Positions 23,385 to 34,289 of a stretch of DNA of 64,000 bases are shown one piece after another. Where the stretch lies: contig OZ316899.1 of assembly GCA_973895155.1 (NCBI GenBank), positions 8,862,187 to 8,926,186 of the forward strand, read 5' to 3'. Positions within the stretch are counted from its first letter, which is position 1; the number at the start of each line of letters is the position of its first letter. A model generated the notes under the pieces. The model did no database searches, was not told where the DNA came from, and saw only the letters and a list, made by a program, of their open reading frames with translations. Made by a program: the position numbers and the translations under genes. This DNA comes from Marsupella aquatica (lineage: Eukaryota > Plantae > Marchantiophyta).

Positions 23385-24433
23385 AGTACTTGGCCTCTTC
23401 TGATGTCGGACTCCTATTTGGTTTCTTTTGTTTTCTTTATTTTGTTGCTCTTCGTCAACTGATGTCGGTGGTTGCGTCAGTGATAGGAGGGTGGATTGGT
23501 TTTCTGAGGAGAGATTTCATCTTCAGAGGGAAGTCCAGGAGTCCATTGTGGTTACTCCTGAGAAGCCTTTTACTCTTCCGTGCTATGCTGAGACATTGGC
23601 GAGGCAGGTTGATGAAGATCCTGTTATCTTGACTTGGGAATCGAAAGGACTTCGGTCCATGAGAGGTGCTCGAAGATATCTGGATTGTTCAAGGTTTATT
23701 GACAATGAGGCGGGGACAGTCCGTCAGTATTTAGATGAGTCTGCCGAGTCCACGGAGAGGGAGACCAGTAGCGATCCTAGTAGTAGTGACATCTCTGATG
23801 AATCAGAGGATGAAGTTTATCACTGATCAAGTAAGAGGAAGTAGGACTGGATGTACTGGTCGAGGTCGACTCTTACCATTTTTCTGTCTTGAAGTTGTTG
23901 GCGATCCACACTTTCAATGTAAAGAGGTTCCATATTTTGATGGGAGTTTCTAGTTTTGGTGATCCTTTTTAGATGATTAAAACGTGTGTGGCTCAAGTAT
24001 GGAATACTTATGAAAATCATGCAGGATTTTCCATTGTCATATTCTTTTCATTATTGTAAGAGGTGGAAAACTGAGACTGTTTGGGCATTGTTTTCGTGGA
24101 ATGTGAGATAAATGTATCCGCCAGAATGCTTCGCTAACAATGTTGCCTCGCTAGCAAAATCTCCTGTTTCCTCGCACCGTACAATTCCTCCACCAATCAC
24201 ATTGCAATTCTGACGACGAGTTGTACTTGGTAGTTTGGTTATTCTCCTAGGTGATCAAAATGGGGGAGTTTCCCAAGGTTTTACCCACCCCGACCGAAAT
24301 TTGAATAACTTTTCTGTCGAATTTTGATTTTGATTTTTGCTTTCAGTATTGGACTCCTAGCTTTGTGGGCTACGCGGCGGTATTGATTTTTGAGTTTTAT
24401 GAGAAGTTTCAAAAAAAGACGTTTTTTTCGTGA

Positions 24434-27400
24434 TTGTTTCATATGAGTGACTTGGGGGATACTGGAAGAATTGGCGTTGGTGGAGCTTCAGGATTGCAAC
24501 GGTCAGAAAGTGAGTCAGAAGAGGAGCTGCTACCATTTGAGGAAGTAACACTGGTACAATCACCGGTGCGGCGTGCAATGGAGGAAGCTGTGTTACTACC
24601 AGAGCTATCGGTAGTGGGGAAGAAGAGGGAGATGGCTAGATTTGGAGGAGTGAAGTTTGAGGTGGAGAAGTACGATGGTCGTACTGATTACTTGCTATGG
24701 GAGAAGCAAGTCAAGGGTGTCTTTTGGGCCATGGGCTTAGCTGATCTACTTTCATCGCGAGAGCAGTATGATGGAGAGGAGGAGATTTTTGTGAGACAGT
24801 GGAGACAGGAGCAGGTGATTGCTGTCAATGTAGTGATGCTATATCTCAAGCCGCACATCATCAAGCAGCTGGATGATTATGCGGATTACACGTCACTGTT
24901 CAAGGCTCTAAGAGAGAAGTACTACCGGGAAGATGCGTCAGATCGGCTATACAAGAAGTCTCTCTTGAGGAGCCTCAGGCTCAAGGAAGGGAGCAAGATG
25001 CAGGATCACCTGGATGAATTTGACAGTCTAGCGGTGGATCTGTCAAACCTGGGAAAAGGAGTTGAAGATGAGGATAAGGCCTTGCTTCTGCTAAGCTCCT
25101 TACCGCCGTCATATAGGGCTTGAAACAGGTGCTCTTGTATAGAGATTTGAAGTCCATTTCGTATAATGAGGTAGTGAGCTCTTTACTGTCTGATGATGCT
25201 CAGAAGAAGCTGGGTCAATCATAGATAGCATGTTCTTCTGGCACTGCGCTCAATGTGAACAGGGGAAGAGCAACGCAATGCACAAATGGGCAGAATAGGT
25301 TTAGATCTACATCACGGGGGAGATCTAAATCCAGAGGGAAATTGCAAGAGAGGAAGCCTCTTGCATGTTGGAATTGTGGCAAGCCTGGCCACATGAAAAG
25401 GGATTGTCGAGTAAAGGTCCCTACTGTATCTGCTAATGCGACATCGAGCTCGCATGAGGTAGATTTACTCGATGATGATGACATATTGTGATGCCAAGGT
25501 TATGCTCTCAACGTAATGTCAAATCCAGGTAGTGATGACTGGATTCTAGATAGTGCATGTACTTTTCACATTTGCTCTAGGAGAGACTTTTTCAGTTCTT
25601 ACATGGTTTCCAATGGATCAGTGTTGATGGGAAATGGAATCCCATGTCAAGTTGTTGGACTTGGATCTGTAAGATTTCAAATGTTTGATGGTGCTGTAAG
25701 AACGTTGAGGAATGTGAGACACATTCCCAGCATGATGAAAAATCTCATTTCACTTGGAATTTTAGAAGCAAATGGCCATCAATGGAGTTCTGCTATGGTG
25801 TCCTTTAGGTTTCAACTGGTACTAAAGTTGTATTAAAGGGAAAGAGACATAGCAATCTATACATTTTGGAGGGCAATGTAGTTTGTGATGAAGCCAATGT
25901 AACCTTATCTCATGAGGAGACGGCCCGACTATGGCACTTCCGTTTGGGCCACATGAGTGAAAAAGGTTTGGTTATTCTTCAGAAGAAAGGATTACTTTCT
26001 AATTTGCAATCTTGTAAGTTGGAATTTTGTGAGCACTGTGTGCAAGAAAAGCAGCACAGGAAACCCTTCAGAGTTGGAACTCACACCAGCAAGGAGGTAC
26101 TTGAGTATGTACATAGTGATGTGTGGGGTCCAGCCCCTACTCACTCACATTCTGGACCATTCTGGACGGTTATACTATATCACGTTTATAGACGATTACT
26201 CAAGGTATGTGTGGATATACTTTCTACATAATAAGTCTGATATTTTTGCCACTTTTAAGAAGAAAGCCCAAGTTGAGAATCAGACTGGTAATAAGGTGAG
26301 ATATCTTTGATCGGATAACGGCGATGAATACAGTTCCGGGGAATTTGGAACGTATTGTAAGGAGCAGGGGATTATCCGCCATCTCACAACAAGTTATACT
26401 CCTCAACAGAATGGTGTTTCTGAGAGACTCAACCAAACACTATTGGATCGCTCGAGGAGCATGTTGAGTCAATCATGCTTACCACATGAGTTTTGGGCTA
26501 AAGCTGTCAACACTGCAGCTTATTTGGTAAATTTTTCTCCATCCAGTTCTATTGGATTCAAGATGCCATTTGAAATGAGGTACGGGCGTTCAGCAGATTA
26601 CTCACATCTGAGGATTTTTGGATGTGATGCTTATGTGCTTACACCTTCCCAGCTTTGATCCAAGGTGGAGTCCAAGTCAAAGAAGTGCATTTTCCTTGGC
26701 TATTGGTGTGAAGGGTTATAGGTTATGGGATCCAGTAACCTGTAAACTAATTGTCAGTAGAGATGTGTCGTTTAATGAGTCCAGATCATCAAAGGAGGGG
26801 GAGAGTTCTCAGGAATCCCAAGCATACTGACAAGGGGAAATCTCTCATCCCGGACCGGGTTGAGGGGGAGATTAGTCATGATGTTGTTCATGACAGGAGA
26901 GATGGAGAAGCTCCAAGCTTGGAGCTGGTTCCTGTGATGGAACAAGAGGAGCAGATTGTTGTTGGGGTACCTCAAATTCAGCCAGCAGCAGCAGCAGATC
27001 AGCCTGAGTCATCTACTAGAAGAACTTCCAATCGTTCTACTAGAGCTCCTACCAAGTATGGTCAATGGGCAGACTCATCTAAGCTAGATGATATTGACAT
27101 TGCACCTGATGAAGATGATATGGCTTTGATCTTGGAAGAAGGAGAGTCTTCTTTGTATAATGAGGCTTGTGCTTCAGAGCAAAAGCATGAGTGGAATGCA
27201 GCAATGCAAAGGGAGTTGCAATCTTTGAGTGACAACAAAACATGGAAGCTGGTGGAGCTTCCAAGAGGTCAGCAAGTGGTGGACAACAAGTGGATTTACA
27301 AGTTGAAGGACAATTCTTCAGAGGGTGGAGACAAGATCTACAATTCACGGCTTGTTGCCAAGGGGTTCACTCAGGAGAAATGAGTGGACTATAATGAGGT

Positions 27401-28715
27401 CTTTTCACCGGTGGCTAAGTATTCCATCATTCGGATCTTGTGTCAGCTTATTGTGTTTTTTGGTCTGGTGATGGATCAAATGGATGTTGTTACTGCTTTT
27501 CTCTATGGCAACTTGGAAGAGTTGATCTTCATGAGACAGTCACTAGGCTTTATGAAGAAAGGCCAAGAGAACTTAGTTTGCAGATTGCTCAAGTCTTTGT
27601 ATGGATTGAAGCAATCTCCCAGACAATGGAACAAGCGATTTGATGATTTCATGTTTGCTCAAGGTTTTACAATGATGGTGTATGATCCTTGTGTGTATAC
27701 AAAATCAGTCAAGAATGATGTATTTGGTTTCATCATTTGGGTGATCTATGTGGATGACATGCTGATTGTGACTAAAGATCAATCTGAGGTTAATAGTTTC
27801 AAGGCAAAATTGAGTGTTGAATTCAAGATGAAAGATCTTGGTAAGGCCAAGAGAATCTTAGGGATGGAGATTTTTAGGAACTCTGATACTGGACAGTTGT
27901 GCTTGAGTCAAGGCCAGTATGCGAGGAAGATACTTGCACGATTCAACATGGAGAACTGTAAGCCAGTGAGTATTCCTTTAGCTTCACATTTCAAGTTATC
28001 ATCAGCTTTCTCTCCTACGGATGCTGTGGAGAAAGGTCTGATGGCTAAGATTCCTTATGAGAAGGCAGTAGGCAGTCTGATGTATTTGATGACTTGTACT
28101 AGGCCTGACTTGGCCCTAACGATGGGCAAGGTTAGCAAATTCATGTCAAATCCAGGAAAGGTACATTGGGAAGCTGTGAAGTGGATTCTCAGGTATCTGG
28201 AGGGAACACATGACTATGGATTACTATTTGATAACAGATTAGATAGAACGTTGGTTGGCTATGTAGATCCTGACTATGGAGGCTGTCTGGATACAAGGAG
28301 GTCTACAACTGGGTTTGTATACACTCTTGGAGGAGGATGTATCAGTTGGAAATCTACCCTGCAAAAGTGCATTTCTCAGTCTACTATAGAAGCAGAGTAT
28401 GTTGCAGCAACAGAAGCAGCAAATGAAGCAATTTGGTTGGACAAGTTGATCGCGGACATGGGTTTAGAGTATAGCAAAATGACTCTAAACTGTGATAGTC
28501 AGAGTGCTCTTCACTTGGCTACTAACCAGGTGATGGATAGTAGGATGAAGCACATTGATATCAGGTACCATTTTATCAGGCAAGCAGTGTCTGATAAAAC
28601 TTTTGAGCTAGTCAAGATTGATGGAAAGCTCAATCCCGCTGATGCCTTTACCAAGGTGATTCCTTTGGAGAGTTTTTCAAGACACCGTGCTACTTTGCAG
28701 GCTTTGCAGTTGTAG
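24434..28715 (+). pseudogene. Copia-1 gag-pol (gag, CCHC knuckle, protease, GAG-pre-integrase, integrase, RT, RNase H)
   Basis: CWNCGKPGHMKRDC, WILDSACTFH, LWHFRLGHMS, VHSDVWGP, LYGLKQSPRQW, YVDDML, KHIDIRYHFIR; several stops and frameshifts. Confidence 0.95.
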
Positions 28716-28922
28716 TGCAAGTAGAGTTATTTAGCAATGTGTGACTATTTGTATATGGCTTACTCATTCCTGTTTGGTTACGGCTTAGTTCTAGTTAACC
28801 CTTAGTTAACCCTTGTGGTTTTTAGGGGGAGACCTGGTTTGGTGATTGTCTAGAACTTCCCGCTGAGGATTCTATATGGTAGCATTTAGTCCAGTCCCCA
28901 AGACAAGAGTCAAGGGGGAGTT

Positions 28923-29266
28923 TGTTAGATATTGCTCTAGTCTTGTGACTCATGAGCTAACCACAATTAGTCTAACTCGAGTTAGGACTTAGCTAATGTT
29001 AGCAATAGTGTTGTTGTGCATATAACCAGGGCTGATGCCAGACCTTGGTGGAACTTAGGCTCATTGTTACGGAGCTAGTTGAGAGATAGGGAGAGCTTGT
29101 GTTGTGGATGCTTGGTATGGCCGGTCGGCCTAGAGTGCAGTAAAGCTCTTGTGTGTTCCTGTGGACGTAGCCTCATGTGGAGGTGAACCACGTATCTCTC
29201 TGTGTCAACTATTGTGCGTTAGATGGTTCATGGGCTTGCTGTTACGAATGTCGTCTATGCTCAACA
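28923..29266 (+). repeat. Copia-1 3-prime LTR
   Basis: TG...CA, preceded by PPT, followed by TSD TCCGA. Confidence 0.95.
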
Positions 29267-29517
29267 TCCGATTGTTTTATAACTTCTGATGCTACATCCG
29301 ATACTTTAAGAGTCGGATTGCAATCGGACATTACAGTTCAAGAGGAAAAAAACTAAGGCATACACGCGTACCGTAGAAACTCAATCAATGGCACTACAAA
29401 CAAAGACCTTGCGCAGGTTTGAAAAGGCAGGCATTTGTCAATTGGCCTCAGGTGATTAGGAAGGAGGACTGTTGCTGCTGAACAAAGGCATGGGGAGGAG
29501 GGGAGTGGAGCACTTAC

Positions 29518-30507
29518 AAAATCGGCCTTAAGACGCTGCGAGCCACCCTGCCCCATCCTGTGAGTAACCTTTGGCCTTGTTTCCACTCTCAATAGAGCAT
29601 TCGTTAGCCAGGATGGTGGGTCTCCAAGCTATGTTGATCTCGCTGACCAATCTTGAAGCTCTTGATGCATGGCCTCAGTACTCACGAGCTCCCCTTGTTG
29701 AATCTTTTTCTGAGCTTCTGTGATTTCAGCTTCCCAGTGTCGTGTGGCTTGCCAAGCTCGAACCTGCAATTCTTCTTCAAGCCAAGCACACCAGGCATCG
29801 TCGGGAATCTCACCACCCGGGCATCCACCTTTCCTGATCACCTCCTCATCCAGTTTGCAATCAACCAGGTTCCTACGCATCTTCTCCCTTACATGATTTT
29901 GCATGTCTGCAAGTGAGACTGAGATTTTTTTGTTTAAGAATCGATCATCCAAGAAAGACCCATTCGAAAACCTCTCCTTGATTTGCTCTCTAATTTGAAA
30001 TCTCTCATCCTGCTTCTTCTTCCCCCAATAGTCCATGGGGCCAAAATGAGACCTCACAATCTGCCTGAGCTGACTCCAAAACAAACGATAACTCTTGAAC
30101 AGTGGACCCCCTCCCTCATTCAGAAATAGTTTAGGCCTCTTGGCCCTTTCCTCTACCTTCCTCTTGTCCTCCTCAATCCTCTGTCGTTCTGCAGCTCGAG
30201 CCTCCCTTCGTAGGCTCTTCTCCATTTGTCTTGGGGAAAGGGCCTCAATTGATCTCTCTCCCTTGTCCTCCCTTGTCCTACGATTCTTCTTCCTTTGCCT
30301 CTCCTCCTCAAGCCTACATTCAAATCTCTTCTCTGCATCAGTCATGGTTGCCTTCTGGGAACTGTCGATCAGGCCCTAAGTAAGCTGAGCTGCCTGCAGT
30401 GCAACCTCCGCAGAGAGGCCCACCTTCTCCCTGAACAATTGGGCCATGATCTCACCATAGCTCATGGACGGCCCGGCACCATCTCCCCCTCCAACATTGC
30501 CTTCCAT
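29518..30507 (-). pseudogene. 5-prime exon of CACTA-B TnpA-like gene
   Basis: One reading frame with two in-frame TAG stops; RFSNGSFLDDRFLNKKISVSLAD aligns with RFRNGREIDFRHMRQKIVNHLAD of element A; ends at a GTAAGT donor. Confidence 0.62.
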
Positions 30508-31599
30508 AGCTGCAAGCTCCGCAAATGTGCTTGTCAAGTGCTTCCGACGTTTGTCCCGACTGAAGTGCTTTCGCACTTTAGTCGGGAAACCTAAAACCCT
30601 AAAAACCATAAAGTCCGATACTTTTAATATCGCAAATTCCGACCCTAATTGCATCGGAAAACGTATCGGAAATACCGACATTGTGAGAATTGGACCCCTC
30701 CTCTGTAGTGTCGGACCTAGCTAGCCCTCCTTTGCGGTTTGTTAAGGATTATAATTAAAATGGGATGACCTTGGCATTTGGATTCCTATGTATACTAGTG
30801 GCGCCCCCCTTTTATGTTTTGGGGGTTACTTATGTGGGCTTCTTTATTAGGTGTGGCATGCAAAGAATGGACATTTAGTTGGCGTCACAAAACACACACA
30901 CACACACACCCATTTTTGTTTGGTATGTACATATGGATGATATTGAATATATATGTACCTAGCTAGATATACGTTGCTTTCCGGTTGAATCTAATTCAAT
31001 TCCTATTTCACCATGGGGTTTGACATGCCATATGCATGGTGCAACTTTTGGGCACTAAGAATAGATTCAATTAAAAACTCAACATTCTAGTGTCGTGTTG
31101 TGCACCTTGTTTTTTGTTTTTGGAGGGTCGGGTCGTTGGTTTTCCTTGGATTTTGAGTAGGGTTCATTTTGCCAATGCATTATGCACAATGAGAGTCCGC
31201 ACATTCAAAAGGTATGATATCCTCTAAAATATCTCAAAATCATTGGACATGATGCATTAGTTGTGGCATGGGACTTTAAAATTGCACATCCAACTCTTCA
31301 TTCATATTTGTTAACTTTATTAATTCTTGTTTTGTTACGATTGAGATGTATTCTTATCTCATCTTCAACTTCCCCACCTAGCCTGTACGTGCAGGTATTT
31401 TGGATTGGCCTTAGCATATAGTCTAAGGCTTAATTAGAGCCTAGTTGGCACTGTAGAGCGCGGATATCATTCAGGTACTAAGTCCAACTTTGCTAATTAT
31501 TAACATACAATTCCAATTTGGGTTAACTTCAAGTTAAGGTGATGAATGTTGAATTTGGGTAAAGACTTGTTAATTTTGTGTGTAATTAATTGGCAGACA

Positions 31600-32861
31600 A
31601 TGTCAACTTCTGGGAGTGCGGATACAGATTCAGACTCTGACATGTCTTCTTCTCAGGGGGAAATTCCCCCCCCTGAACGGCCTTGGGTGCCCCCTCCATT
31701 GGGCCCTATTCCATGCTGGTGTGCTAGATGTAAAGGAATGGTGGTGCATCAAGCGTGGCAGTCCATTGAACACATCGAAAACTATGGGAGGCATGAGGGT
31801 GATTTACCAGGATATTCAGCTCGCCAGGTATTGCTTGACATAATCTCCGCTATGATACACTATATATCATAATAGTTGGGTTGAGAACTTTAATTTAGGA
31901 TACAATTATTAATTATTGTTTGTTTATGATTGAATAGGTGCTACGTAGGACCCCTACTCCATTGGTCTCTAGTCAACTATGGCATGATGCATTCCTAGCT
32001 GGTGCTAGAGACTTACTTGCATCATCAGTTGAAGACGCTGACCAAGCATCTACCCCCGCCCATGTTGACACAAATGTTCTTTGTGAACCCACAGTGGTAG
32101 ACTCAGAGCATGATAGACATGATGCACCACCACCTACTAGGGTTCTACGCACAAGACCCCATTCTCATAGACAAAGACGTCAACATGTAGTCATTGACAC
32201 AGACCCAACCCATGAGCATTTTGGAAACAGTGATATGCCTCCACTAGGGGAGGAGTGCATAGCAGTTGAAGGGAGGTTGGGCTTATCATATGTGACGGGC
32301 AAGGCAATGAGTGTCTTGAAGGATTTTTCCCCTGAGATATTTGCGATTCCATCTGGCATAGGTATTGAAATCCCGGTACATATTTGGGGTTGGCAATGGA
32401 TAGTGAAGGCATCGACCCTTGGTGGCGAGGTTGGATTAGGCTTATTTGCTTTGGAGGACATTGTGGTCCCTCCAAAGCCTTGGCGTCGTGGTTATGATGG
32501 GGAGCACCTTTTCCCTTACATTGGGCCTATGTATACATCCAAGAGTTGGAAGATCCTTTTACGCCAACATCCAGCTTGGGGGGTATATGCATTGCAGATG
32601 GACTCGGACCCAAATGAGGTCCTACAAAGGCCTTGGCATTGTAGGATGATTGATGGGGACCCTGTGCGTTCAGATAACATAGCAGGGTACATCAATAGTA
32701 CACATGGTAGAGGGTGAGGAGTGAAACCTAATGTAGAGTGGGCTCAGATTTTTGGTCCACCCACTCTGCCTTATTATGTCACTCATATGGATGATCATGT
32801 GATGACAGTAGCCATTAGGAATATTAGGGCAGGTGAGGAATTGTTTTGTGACTATGAGTAG
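31600..32861 (+). pseudogene. Transposase-associated Cys motif exon spliced to a SET-domain-like exon (CACTA-B)
   Basis: Exon 31600-31827 (PCWCARCKG...EHIENYG), phase-0 intron 31828-31937, then STLGGEVGLGLFALEDI...PYIGPMY...NIAGYINS...(one TGA)...KPNVEW...AIRNIRAGEELFCDYE-stop. Confidence 0.8.
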
Positions 32862-34289
32862 AACACACCCAAGTTGGCTATTCGATCTGGCCCTAGTTAG
32901 TATACATATATATATGTATTCCCCATGTTTTGAGATAATTAGCGCCTCACTCGTACATATAAAACGCAAGCTCCCTTGGGAGGCTGAACGCGGCTTGGCT
33001 GTTATTTAGCAGGATTTGGCAAGCGGGCCAGCTAACACCCGCAAACCACAAGAACCCATGGCACCCCCGGACCCATCTGATCTTAGGAGGGCATAGCCCT
33101 CCTCAAGAGATTTCCAACACACCCAAGAAGTCCTCCAACAGACTTCTCGTTGGGGAGATATCACCATTTCCGTTTGGCGGTTCCCTTAGTGTCGCGACCG
33201 CCGCGGCTCACGACTTTGGCTCGGCCTTAGCCCCCAGGGAGATAGCACTCCCCTCATATATGCTTCTGGAGACCTGCCACCCCCGGACCAGCTTTGGTCC
33301 CTAAACATTTGGCCCCCAACCCGGATCCCATCACGCATAATGGGTACGCCACCAACTGGCAACGCCCATAACTTTCTTGATAGGCATCCGCAAGCGGAGT
33401 GCCTTAGCCCGTTGTGACCAGGCCGACCAAGTGATCATGCCTAGGCCCTCAGGTCTGATCGCCGCTCGGGGCCCCCGACCAGCCCAACCCGGATCGGGCC
33501 ACAACTTGCGCCCCAAGCGTCCGTTGCCAATGGCGTCAACTCCATTGGCCTTGGGCCCAAGAGGAGCTCACTCCCAAGCCCTCAGAACTCAAAGTCCATC
33601 CGACGGTCCGGACGGCCATCCTTGAGCCCGGCCCACATCCCCTTGACCTGACCAGCCATAGGCTAGTCCAAGTCCTTAGTGTGTGCCCCCAGCTTGGCCC
33701 CTTGCCTCGCCAGTGCCACGTCTCATTGCCCACAAGTCTCCCCATGCTAAGTCCTCCCCGGATGGCCTATCCAGGCCTGGACCATAAGGGAGCTCATCAT
33801 CGGAGTCAGCAACGCCAGAGCTAAGTGTTAAGGTAGTTGAGTTCCGCGACTTGCACCCCCCCTTAAAAATGGTCACGTCCGCATGACCTCAATAAACGTT
33901 CCAACACGCCTAGACCATTTTGGGCCTTCAAAATTTCATGAGGTAACAAATGGTTTGCCCATAAGGCTGATGCAAACCAGGTTGGTATGTGCATTCCAAA
34001 CTTAGGAAATTCCAACCTATCCCACTCATCCAAGTAGGATGTCAGTCCAAATGGGTAAGCTAACTCCAAACTCATCAAACCCATTGTCCTCCCCTTGGGG
34101 CGCTCCCCTTTGGTTTGAACTAGCCCGCCCACAGATGTAGGGCGAGCACCATCAACTTCCACTCGCAAAAAGCAAATCGGCCGCCCAGCAACCTTTAGCA
34201 CCAACGCAATCCGACTTTATCCTTAAGAGGCCAAGAGGAGTGAAACTAGGATACAACTCACAAATGTAGCTACAATTGCCTGTACTAGT

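Larger units (their letters stand above)
13047..24190. mobile_element. Complete Mutator-like DNA transposon MULE-2 (11,144 bp)
   Basis: 9-bp TSD CACCAATCA (13038-13046, 24191-24199); 27-bp imperfect TIRs GGGTCATTGTAGCGTGCGAGGAAACAG / GAGGAATTGTACGGTGCGAGGAAACAG; the flanks rejoin into sequence homologous to the Copia-2 leader at about 63850-64000. Confidence 0.93.
10415..29266 (+). mobile_element. Ty1/Copia LTR retrotransposon (Copia-1), full length, decayed, interrupted by MULE-2
   Basis: 344-bp LTRs at 10415-10758 and 28923-29266; TSD TCCGA (10410-10414, 29267-29271); PBS TGGTATCAGAGC 10761-10772; PPT AAGGGGGAG before the 3-prime LTR; gag-PR-IN-RT-RH order. Confidence 0.95.
8008..32962. 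mobile_element. CACTA element B (left end intact, right part lost), carrying nested Copia and MULE-2
   Basis: Starts CACTAGTACA at 8008 followed by TCGGA/TCCGA subterminal repeats; the same motif flanks the Copia insertion and clusters at 30540-30715; divergent TnpA-like and SET genes as in element A. Confidence 0.7.

Noticed and set aside
23390-23953. Overlapping short ORFs after the MTase-like gene as a fourth MULE gene
   Set aside because: Low-complexity acidic sequence with no motif and no homolog in the window; cannot be supported.
13129-24155. Palindromic repeats as a CRISPR array
   Set aside because: Spacing is irregular (tens of bases to kilobases), there is no repeat-spacer periodicity and no cas gene, and the context is eukaryotic.
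30701-30800. TAGTG at 30706-30710 or 30796-30800 as the right end of CACTA-B
   Set aside because: The following bases (TCG, GCG) do not match the AGA before 8008, and the family-type SET gene lies further right. Not fully excluded.
30587-30910. AAACCCTA telomere-like motif and (CA)n tract
   Set aside because: Only one or two units (telo-box-like) and a short microsatellite; not a telomeric array.
33863-34204. ORF after the chromovirus pol as an env-like gene
   Set aside because: Short, with no evident transmembrane or signal segment and no recognisable motif.
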